From positions 5,812,066 through 5,876,065 of the forward strand of contig MU058221.1 of the NCBI GenBank assembly GCA_013265495.1: 64,000 nucleotides of DNA, given 5' to 3'. Under the pieces are notes generated by a model. It worked only from the letters and a program-made list of their open reading frames with translations, made no database searches and had not been told where the DNA came from. Positions 53,690-64,000 of the stretch are shown here, piece by piece. Both the position numbers and the translations under genes were made by a program. Source of the DNA: Vicugna vicugna (lineage: Eukaryota). Within the stretch, counting starts at the first letter, position 1. Each line of letters begins with the position of its first letter.

Positions 53690-54500
53690 AGAACTTGATG
53701 TCTGACAACATGTAGAGGGTGAATGGAAAGGGGAGCAACACAATCTGTATCCCCAGAGATACTGATGAGGATAAACTCCCGGAAAGCACCAATAATTCTG
53801 GGGGGAAATGAAGGCAGTTGCTTTAGCAAAGGGATCTTGAAAAGGATGTAGCTGGCAATGGAAACAGGTCAGTGGAGTTTAGAAATCTGATGAAGAAAAG
53901 GTTTTCAAGAATCCTACAGGTAAGCTAAAGATGAGGTTGGAGGAATGGCAGAGGAACATGGGAGAATTAAGGTAATGCTGACAAATACTGAGGAATCAAG
54001 AGGAGGAAAATCGGTTTTGGAAAGGAGATATGAATTCTGCTTCTGACATGTTGAATGGAGGTAATACATCCTCTGGATGACGATGCCTTGCTAGTTGGGA
54101 GGGAATGTGAAACTAGCTTCTAAGACAGATCAGGGCTGGAGAGGGGCAATTGTAATGTGTCCTCCCAGGACAGCAGGTAAAGAGGACAGAAAGTTAAGGA
54201 TAGAACCTGGGGCGAATGCCCATCCACATAGGTGGCTAAATCAGGAAGAATAGCCAGCAAGGAAGAAGGGGTGACTGAACCACAGCATGGCGATGTTCTG
54301 GAGGTCAAGGAAGAATTTTAAAGGTGACATTGAATCAAAATTTCCATATGCTGTAGTAAGGTCAAGGAAAAAAAGACCGAGAAAAGGGTGATTGAGTTTA
54401 TCAAGGACATACCTGGAGAAACAGGAGGAACAAGTGTAGAAGAATTGTTTGGGCAGTTTGGCCACGAAAGGACTGAGAGGAAAGGCAAACAGCTTGAGAA
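53690..54500. mobile_element. Degenerate L2 fragments (similar purine-rich L2 tracts at about 40260-40540, 41200-41650 and 57980-58800)
   Basis: tgaattctgcttctgacatgttgaa, gggctggaga, aggatagaacctgggg motifs. Confidence 0.55.
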
Positions 54501-55549
54501 GGGTTAACTGGTTCCTCCCATATCCCCAGGTCAGCTGGCAGCTGAGGAAGGGAGAAGGGACTCCTCTTCCTTTGGGTACTTGACAACAGTTCACAAAATG
54601 GATGGTACAGAGGCACATACTTTGACAAGAGTGGCAGAGGGTGCCGGAGCTGGATGTTTTTTTACCTTCTCAGCGAAGCAAGAATCAGGGCCATCTGCCA
54701 AGAAAGAGAGGAGAAAGGAAAACGGGTTAGGTGGGGAAGAGAAAGGAGATACGTAACAGCAACAGTAGGGGCTGCCCTTGAGAATCACCAAGAAATAAAG
54801 GATTGGGTGCTAGACCAACACGACTCCATGACTTTACCTGAGTTGCCATCTGGGATTTATTCCTGGGAACTGACAACAACAGTAACCACCACCATTTATC
54901 ACGTGGTTATCATGTGCTTCTGGGTGCTTACATAAATTATCTCATTTAAGTTTCCTAACAATGCCGTGAAATATCATGAATTCTAATTATTTTAAAATTA
55001 TAAAATGGGAAACGGAGGCTTTGAGAGACTTTACCTTAATTAAAAAAAAAAAAATCCGTACTATATTGCCAAGCAGTTTTCGGCACAGAAAAGACACGCA
55101 AGGGGGTTGACTTCGTCGAATTTTACTGAAGAGGTTTAGACATGTGCAGACAGAAAAGCAAACGAATAACTGAATCAGATCATTTCAGATTTTAATAAGT
55201 GGTGCTAAAATAATAAAACTGGTGATATAACGGGTATTATAATAAATATAATCTAGCAATGCAGAAGGGAGTGCGGGAAGGTACATACTTCCGTGCGGTC
55301 AGGAGAAGGCCCTCTGAGGGGCAACCAGCTGAGAATTTTAGGATGAGAAGCTGCAGTTTTCCAGGCCAAGGAAAGGGTAAGCGCAGAGGCCCTCAGGCCA
55401 GAACCAGCCTGGCTGCTTGGAGGAAGGCTAAAGTCCGTGCAGCTGTAGCTTAGTGAGCAAGTAGTCATAGGCCAAGGTTGGAGGCGCCATGGCAAGTCAG
55501 GGGAAGGATCTACGCAAAGTGGGGGGTAACCCCATCGGATTCAGTGGAA

Positions 55550-57350
55550 TAAGGCTCAGAGGCCTGGCTGTCCGGCTCTCCGACGCGAGTTTCCACTCTG
55601 CGAAGCTGCCCCCACGTGACACGCAGTGAGGCAAACCGTCAGGAGAGGCTCCAGGCCCAGGGGCCAAAGGGCCGAGGCCCGCGGGGGTGGGGCTGGGCTG
55701 GGCAGTGAGGCGTGTGACCTCCCGGTGTCGCAAAAGTCGAGCAGGCAGCAACGCGGGCCTCGCGCGCCCAGCGAGCAGCCCCCTCTCCCGCCCCAGCACC
55801 ACCCCCGCCTCTCATTCTCGTTAGCGACCCCCGCCCCGCCTGGCTGGGTTTTCCCTCCGGGGCGGCGGGTCCGTCTTCCAAAACTTCGGAATGGCCGTAC
55901 CCCGAGGAGTGATGGGGAGATGAAATAACTCAGAGCGAAAGTGAAGTCCTATGGGAAATAGGCCTTTTTATCTCTGCCTCATTTTCTCTCCCGGCTTTCC
56001 AGAAACGACTAGCTTTCCGGGCGGCTCTCCAAGTCACCCCCTCCAACAGCGAGACTATTGGTTTGGCCCCTAGTCCCGGATTGGCTGAAGGTTTACGCCT
56101 CGGCCAGGGATTGGAGGGCGTTGGTTCCTTACGTATTCCCTGCGCCCATTGGTTCGTTTTCCCCATTTCTGGGCGGAGTGGTTAGGGACGGTTTCCACCC
56201 TCTTGTTTACGGCGCGCGCAGTTGTAGTGCTCTCGGCGCGCTGGGGCTGTCTCCAAAGTTCCTTATTTAGCTCCTCGGACCAATTGGGTCCTTGCTCCAC
56301 CCTCGCCTTCTCCCGTGCACACCTTCCGCGTGGTACGGCCCACACCTTTAGAGCGGCGACGGGAGCTGACGCTGATCGCGTTCCTCTGCCCGCGCTCGCC
56401 AGGCTGCCCCCCCTTTCGAGGGAGCGCTTGGTACGGCCCGCGCCGCCTCCTTCCCTCGCTGGGGTGGCTGCCCCCCCCTTCGGGTCGGCGGCGCTTGGTG
56501 CCGCCCGGGAGAACCAGGTCATCGGTCGGCTCCCGTGAAAACAAAAACAATCGGCGGCGCCGCGGCCGGCAGCCGAACGCGGCGAGCGGGGAACGGAGAG
56601 TGGGGGCGCGGGGCCGCGGGGGGGCGAACACGCAAACGGGAGCGGCGGCGACGCGCCGGGAGCCGGGGCGCCATGGGGCAGGCGGGCGCGGGCTGCGCGG
56701 GGCTCCCCCGGCGCCGGGGCTAGCGCGTCCGCCGCCTCAGCCGCCCGCGCCGCCCGCCTGGGGGACGAGGAGCAGGACGCGGCCTCGGCCGGGCCCGGGC
56801 CGAACGGCTGCGGACACCCGGGCGCCGGGGAGCCGAGCGCCGCCGCCTCCGGGATGGATCAGTGCGTGACGGTGGAGCGCGAGCTGGAGAAGGTGCTGCA
56901 CAAGTTCTCGGGCTACGGGCAGCTGTGCGAGCGCGGCCTGGAGGAGCTCATCGACTACACGGGCGGCCTCAAGCACGAGATCCTGCAGAGCCACGGTAGG
57001 GCGGCCCGGGTGGGCGCGCGGGGCCGGGCCCATCCGCCCGCTCCCCGCAGGCCCCGGCGGGCTGGGAGGGGTGCCCTCCGGGGGTCCCGGCTCCACTTCC
57101 CCCGCGGCGCGGAGACCCCCGGGCCCCTGTGACTTTTCCTCGCCCTCTCCCCGGGTTTGTCTCGAACCTGCCCCGGCCTCCTTAGCTAAGAGTGAACGCA
57201 AACCCACCGGAAACCGAGAAACCCATTACCGGAGCCCGAGTTCCAGCCTGGGTTAATCGGGGGTGGGGGCCGGTCCATCGCACCTGCAAACTGCCGCCCT
57301 CCCGGGGCGGGCGCCCCCATCAATTGCCTTGGGCCTAAGGGCCTGAGTGA
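55550..57350 (+). promoter_or_regulatory. RMND5A CpG island promoter with clustered inverted CCAAT boxes and an E-box (CACGTGAC at 55613-55620)
   Basis: CpG-dense. ATTGG at 56057, 56080, 56110 and 56148; CCAATTGG at 56280. Confidence 0.85.
56854..56995 (+). CDS. RMND5A: RMND5A coding exon 1 ([47 protein letters not shown], phase 1); the gene continues beyond the window
   Basis: Recognised RMND5A N-terminus; Kozak gggATGG; donor CACG|gtaggg at 56996. Confidence 0.95.
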
Positions 57351-60300
57351 TAAGAGGATCAGTGCAGGAAGCCCCCTTCTCCTCCCCAGCCCCAAACACT
57401 TAGCCCGGGGACTTAGCTGGTCTTCTTTCTTCTTTTTTCCTTTATTTGGCAAGTCGAGTGTTATTCTTAGCTGCGGGTTAACAAAACAGCCGCTCCTGCA
57501 ACTCCATAATTTGACTCTGTGTGGAAGCAGCTTTTCTTCAATTCCGCAGCGGCACTGACATAATTCCTAGGAAACTAGCTGAATCAAATTGTTCAGCTCT
57601 CCTAGTGTAGCCTGTGATGAGACGAAAGCGACTCTCCAGAAACACACTGTGGCACAAGTTGTTAGTTAGTTACGTTTCCTGGTCAAGTTTTTACTCGTTT
57701 TCCTTTCAGAAAACATATTTTCCTATAGAAGGTGTTTCTCCTGTATTATTATTGCTCTTGGCCCTGGGGGCAGATACTTTGCCACAGTTAATTTGTGGGG
57801 AAGCTGGTTGGGAAGGGTTTTTGGTTTGGTTTTTTAAAATAACATTAAAGGACTGGTATCCTTAGATTAAAATGTCTACAATGGTGATTCCTTATGAGCA
57901 AGAAGTAAAAGACTTTATTTAATGGATTCATTGGAGAGGTTGGAGGGGGCCGTCTCAACCCGAAGGCTCATCGGAAATTTATGAAAAGGAAGGTTTGGTA
58001 GCTAGGGTGACAAGTAGGTACTGTGGCAGGTGAGATGGAGGACAGTGGTACTATCTGAGCTTCCCTCCTCCTCTCCTTCCTTCTTGGACACCTTCCTTTC
58101 CCAGGCTGCTTTGAGTTGAGACTTTGTGCTGGTCCATGGGGAGAGGGAGCCTTAGAACATCTCATCCTGGACATGATGGTCACTTTGGAACTCTAGGGAA
58201 GAAGCAAACCAGAGACTGTCATGGGGGAGGACTGGAATATGAATATGGAAAAATGAGCAGCCCTAGCTGGCTGCCAGTGAAGAGGCAGTAGAGGAAGAGT
58301 GGGCTGGGACTCCTGGGAAGGCGCTGGTGAACTTGGTTGGCTTTGGACAAATGAGAAGCTGAAGGGCTAATGAAGATGAAATCAAGAGCTTAATGTTACT
58401 TGTGGCTGGAGATGCATAGATGAAGTCTGGAAGGAAAGTAAGGTCTGAGCTGGTTTCCTGGTGTCATTTCTACAGAGGAGACTGAAGAAGATCACTTAGG
58501 CTGCAGGGAGGAAAGCCTGTAGGGTCTAGCCACAGCCTTGAACTCCCCCTGGTGGGGGTGGGGGCAGGAGGAGCCAGCAGAAACAGGAAGGATGGGCGTA
58601 GAAAAAGAGGTTGGTCAACTGGTATTTGGCTTTTGGGAAACAGTGACCTTCTTTACTTGCATAGAATTGTTAAAATAAACTAGATGACTGGGAGTTAAAA
58701 ATAGGCAGATTGAGGTGCAAGGAGCTGCTTAAGTACAGGGCCTGAAGGTGTGCCTCCTCCCCTCTCAGCTGGAGAGGAAATCTTGGACTTGTTAAAGACT
58801 GAAAAGAGGGGAATGGGTGAAGGCTGTAGACGTGGAGAGGTGGAAGAGCATTTCCTTCTTAGGGACCTGGTCAGGGACTGAGCGCGTTGGATAGGCAGAG
58901 CTTGAGAGAGAGAAAGAGAAGATGGAAAGTCAGATCCCTTTCTTCCGTGGGAGGGAGGCCATGTTCATTGAAGGGGGATGTGATTGTGAGCCATGTTTTA
59001 AGGGATTGGGGGCCCATCCCAGATGGATTTAAAATACTTTCGAGAAATTGCCAAATCAGGAATTTGTTTTCAACCTCTTTGCTTGGTATCAGGGAACTTT
59101 CCGAGGAACTTATGGTCTGAGGGCTGTTTGCCATCATGTGGTGAATTGGCATGCATTCTTTTCAGCCTGTTTTTTTTACCTTCTTGTCTACCTAATTGCA
59201 GTCATATATTGGTATCTTTTTGATTTTCTTTAATTCTTTAATAATAGGATTAAGTGACAAAAGACAACTATAAAACTTTGAAGAAAAATACCGTAAGTGC
59301 CAGCTCTAGTTTCCAAAATAAAATCACCTTCTGGTGTTCTTCTGTATGAAGACAGACGACATGTTTGGTTTCTGGGTTATGGTATTTTTCAAAGCAGATC
59401 ATTTATAAAGTTCTCTGCAGGCAATGAGGGTATTACATTGACTCTTAAATACACTCTTCTCAAAGTTATATCTACTGACATCTGAATTTGGGACTCCATA
59501 TTGAAGTTTAAAGGGAAGTTTTCAGGGCTCTGAAGCACCTCACTGGACAAGTGACCTGGTGGGCTCCTGTGACTTGGAGGAGGGACTCCAGTTGGGATGC
59601 TCTTTCAGGGCTTTGGATTTCGTTCTCTGGGTGTATTTGTGGTGCTATTGTTGTAAGAATGTGATATGAATAAAGTAGGATCTCGGGGACTCTACAGATC
59701 CCCCAACATGGCACCGTACTGATGGTGAATGAATGACTGGTGCAGAAGTGTCCTTTAGTGAGGGTCAGGGGAGCAATTCAGTTTGGAAGGTTGAATTACA
59801 TTTTTCTTATGTTTCAATTTATTTTCTCTAAAGTTGTGAGCAGATAGCTCTACGAAATGAGGACGGTTAGGACGGTTTGAGGTGGAAACTGTACGTCAGT
59901 GGAGTGAGTTAGCCCACTCTCACCACCCTTGCTCCAGATTGCGAACACCACCCAGAGGGGGCTTGCCTGGAAATGAGCCCCCAGATCTCTCTCATCTGCT
60001 CTCATCTTGCCTCCATATGGCCTAAAATTCTTTCATATAAACTTTCTCTAATTAACCATTTCTTTTAAAATAATGACTCCCTTAATTCAGACACTCTTTG
60101 GGAGGATGAGGGTGATGTGGGATGATCACTCACACCCAATGAATTAGTTTTTGCTCTGCTGTTTAATCCAGCAAGTCCAGCCTTTGAAAAGGGAGTGTCA
60201 GGTCTGTGGCAGAGGAATAATTTCATAGTGTAAGGCTCTGAGAGATAAGTACAGGCTTTGACTGGGTGCCATAGCCAGTCTGGGGGGTTTTGGTGCTTCA

Positions 60301-61424
60301 GGGACAACAGTGATAACAGAAGTTCCAAGAGGCAGTAAAGAATTAGGAGAATACTAAAAAGGTGTTCTGCTGAAGTCCGGTCTCCTTCTCTTCCTGGACA
60401 CTGACTGACTGTAGAGGCTTTTCTTCATGGCCTTGGAACTGCCGTGGAGACCTTAGGGTGGTAGCTTGGAGGATGGGGCTGATCCAGAGCCGTCGGAGTG
60501 AGGATTCCACGGTCGAACGGTTTAGATGTAACTGATCATGGTAAATGGCCGGTTGTCAGAAGTTCATGGATTGTACTGAGCTCTGATTCTTATCCGTAAT
60601 TATTTTGTTGAAACTTTAGGTTCTCTTTATTTCCCCAGCTCTGAGGGAAGAGCAGGGCACTGTTACGTTATAAATAAAATATTACTTCATATACAGCTGA
60701 AGTCACCATTCACATGGATGGTATGGGAGCCACACTATGGACAGCCCCCGATTAACAGATAAATAGTTTGATACATTTTGGTGATTTGACTTGTGATTGT
60801 TTATTAGCCCTTTTTGGGCAAGGATATTTATATTTTGTTTCTCAGTAGCACGTGGTGGAAGGGAGATCATAGAACTATATATCATGTATTGCTGATATTA
60901 TAAATTCACATTTGGTAATAGAAAATTAGGCTGAAAGAACCGGGTAACAGTTTTATGATAGGTATATAGTGTACTTGGGGAAATTACAATCTTCATAAGA
61001 GTAAAGGGTATACAGTATTTTACAGAATTATTATTTTTAGGCTATTATTAAAGGAAGTTTTAATACAGTTTCTGAAAATGATTCTTGCGGAATTTTCTGA
61101 GTTTAAAATTGTATTGATTTTGACTAGACAATACATTTAAATGGTGTAAATTCAAATGATAGAAAGGATACCCAGTAAAAACTCTCCCTCTCAGTCTTTC
61201 TTATTCCTGAACCACCAAGTTACCCACCTCACAGCCAAAGATGCTAGTTTCCAGCAAGAAAGAAGAGAATTCAGGGAAGTGATAATTTATCACTGTTTAT
61301 TTTTTCTCTGAAGCATTGAACATGTAATCCTCCTTGTTGTGATTTAGGCTTAGTATCATCTCAGTTTGCAGGATAGTAAAGACAGCTTCATTTGTGGGCA
61401 TGATCCATACATACCATCTAAAAC

Positions 61425-61426
<2 letters not shown>

Positions 61427-61454
<28 letters not shown>
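61427..61454. repeat. (TG)n microsatellite; another at about 48700-48721
   Basis: Seen directly. Confidence 0.9.
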
Positions 61455-61455
<1 letters not shown>

Positions 61456-62244
61456 CGTTCTGACTCCTAGTAGTAAAACTCATTTAAACCATGATCCTCT
61501 ACCTTGAGCTTCCTTTTTTGTTGTCGTTAAATTTGGGGGTGACAAATGAGAAGTAGGCAATTAAACATGAAAGAAAAACAAATTAGATGGTCATGTTTTC
61601 AACTAATTTCTGTGATACTGTCATCAGTAGACAAAAACCAGGGTCCAGGTTTGCATGTTTGATATAACTTTACATTCTAGAATTTGGGTTGTAAATACTA
61701 AATGCATATTGAAAAGTATGTTTATTTATGTATGTAAATTCTCTGTGCTTTTCAAAGCCTACCAGTGCTGAATGCGTTGTGTTGAATGAATGTAAAAGGA
61801 TCAGGGTTTGGTGAACTAGTGGCTTGTTTACTTATTCAGCCTTGTTCTTTGATGTTCGGGGAGTAGGCTACATAGCCTGGTCTCCCATTTGTTAACCATA
61901 CTTTTGCTAATTATACTATCCAGACACTCTTGAGAGAAGAATGATTTTAAAGTTTTGAATTGAATAAAATTTGATATCTACATTTAACATCTCATCTGGA
62001 AAGTAGCAGACAAGTAGGTCAGAAAAGTTTGAGTGGATTAACATCAGCCATTGCTCAAGTGCTCTAGAATAGACCAGTCAGCAGGCTGCTTGGGCTATTT
62101 TATAGGTGATGAGAATAATGACAGGTTAGTGTTGGTGTTTCCAGTTGGGTTTAGAAGCAGGTTTAACTTTGCCAGCCAATTCTTCCCAGGCTCATTTAGG
62201 AGATAATTCTTTGTTATTTGGCACCTTATTCATTCAGACTAGTA

Positions 62245-62508
62245 TATTACGCAGGACCCTTTTGGTTGCAGGTGGCAGAATAGTTTTAATTAAAATGGAA
62301 TTTGTTGACTCATAACTAAATAGGCCGAGGTTAGGCCAGCTGGTTCCGGGGACGCAGGGTGTCATGAGGACTGGTTTTGTTCTCTTCCTCTCTCAGCTGT
62401 GCTTTCCGTGGTTGGCTTCATTCTCAGCAGAGCTTTTTCCACATGGAGGTAAAGACGGCCAGCGGACTCATGTCATCCTTACAATGCTTGTGACCCCAGA
62501 GACTGGAA
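62245..62508. mobile_element. MLT1J/K-like LTR fragment, cut by the gap
   Basis: caggacccttttggttgcagg...ttggcttcattctcag. Confidence 0.55.
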
Positions 62509-63486
62509 NNNNNNNNNNNNNNNNNNNNNNNNNNNNNNNNNNNNNNNNNNNNNNNNNNNNNNNNNNNNNNNNNNNNNNNNNNNNNNNNNNNNNNNNNNNN
62601 NNNNNNNNNNNNNNNNNNNNNNNNNNNNNNNNNNNNNNNNNNNNNNNNNNNNNNNNNNNNNNNNNNNNNNNNNNNNNNNNNNNNNNNNNNNNNNNNNNNN
62701 NNNNNNNNNNNNNNNNNNNNNNNNNNNNNNNNNNNNNNNNNNNNNNNNNNNNNNNNNNNNNNNNNNNNNNNNNNNNNNNNNNNNNNNNNNNNNNNNNNNN
62801 NNNNNNNNNNNNNNNNNNNNNNNNNNNNNNNNNNNNNNNNNNNNNNNNNNNNNNNNNNNNNNNNNNNNNNNNNNNNNNNNNNNNNNNNNNNNNNNNNNNN
62901 NNNNNNNNNNNNNNNNNNNNNNNNNNNNNNNNNNNNNNNNNNNNNNNNNNNNNNNNNNNNNNNNNNNNNNNNNNNNNNNNNNNNNNNNNNNNNNNNNNNN
63001 NNNNNNNNNNNNNNNNNNNNNNNNNNNNNNNNNNNNNNNNNNNNNNNNNNNNNNNNNNNNNNNNNNNNNNNNNNNNNNNNNNNNNNNNNNNNNNNNNNNN
63101 NNNNNNNNNNNNNNNNNNNNNNNNNNNNNNNNNNNNNNNNNNNNNNNNNNNNNNNNNNNNNNNNNNNNNNNNNNNNNNNNNNNNNNNNNNNNNNNNNNNN
63201 NNNNNNNNNNNNNNNNNNNNNNNNNNNNNNNNNNNNNNNNNNNNNNNNNNNNNNNNNNNNNNNNNNNNNNNNNNNNNNNNNNNNNNNNNNNNNNNNNNNN
63301 NNNNNNNNNNNNNNNNNNNNNNNNNNNNNNNNNNNNNNNNNNNNNNNNNNNNNNNNNNNNNNNNNNNNNNNNNNNNNNNNNNNNNNNNNNNNNNNNNNNN
63401 NNNNNNNNNNNNNNNNNNNNNNNNNNNNNNNNNNNNNNNNNNNNNNNNNNNNNNNNNNNNNNNNNNNNNNNNNNNNNNNNNNNNNN
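62509..63486. other. Assembly gap (N run) in RMND5A intron 1
   Basis: N run. Confidence 0.99.
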
Positions 63487-64000
63487 GGGGGGGGGGGGGG
63501 GGGGGCGCTCGTTGAGGAGATTAAGAAGATGAGTCTGCACTGGTGGAGAACAGAGTTTTGTCCAGTAGCTCAGGAGATCTGGATTTGAGTCCTTGTTCTG
63601 TGGCGTAACTGGTTCCACAATCTTGCTTAGCCTCTCTCCTCTTCAGTAAACTGATAACTTACACCATGGAGTTACGGGAATTAAACAGGTAATATGAACT
63701 GGCTTTGAAATCTGTAAAACAAGACATACTTGTTCTCTTTAAGGTCTGTACCTTTAAGCAGTGTTAAGCAGTGTTTCAACTGAGACACTTTGACTATTTA
63801 GATATCTTTATTACTGGTATATATTTACCACCATTCTGTGCCCAGTGGGCTGCTTAACACCTTAAGGAATATTCAAAAAGTATGAGAGACAGAGTCTTCA
63901 AGGAGCTTTATTTGGATAATGAGGCCAGACTTTTGCATTTGAGAGGGGAAGAAGCCATGGCACAGTACACAGTATGATGTGGAACAGGGCTTCTGCTTGG

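Noticed and set aside
56070..57207. Overlapping 120-184-aa ORFs around RMND5A exon 1, including an antisense 156-aa ORF
   Set aside because: GC-content artefacts with no recognisable protein features
62364..63618. 383-aa and 379-aa ORFs
   Set aside because: They consist of N-gap translation
1..64000. CRISPR array, rRNA, NUMT or prokaryotic-type system
   Set aside because: No repeat-spacer array, rRNA or mitochondrial-like sequence was seen by eye; this is an intron-containing mammalian locus

Overview
Mammalian genomic DNA, probably camelid (inferred from two copies of a tRNA-Ala-derived vic-1-type SINE). Two RING E3 ubiquitin-ligase genes lie head-to-head. RNF103 (Kf-1) is complete on the minus strand: four coding exons at 26367-26592, 23776-23915, 15681-15796 and 8373-9945 splice to 2055 nt = 684 aa + stop. 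RMND5A (CTLH/GID complex) contributes its CpG-island promoter and first coding exon (56854-56995) on the plus strand, followed by intron 1. The rest is intron and intergenic sequence rich in L1, L2, MIR, MaLR/ERV LTRs and hAT/Tigger DNA-transposon fossils, with two assembly gaps. I see no wholly new biological system. The most notable sequence-level signals are a GC-AG first intron in RNF103; uORFs in both 5' leaders (three short ones in RNF103, one perfect-Kozak uORF in RMND5A); a candidate 37-nt poison exon and a weak exon-3 acceptor in RNF103; and several atypical retrotransposition products (a tailless U6 copy, an internal L1 ORF1 piece with a perfect target-site duplication (TSD), and an L1 3' tip nested in opposite orientation in a same-family tip). 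Repeat family names come from recognition by eye, not from a RepeatMasker run, and repeat boundaries are approximate.
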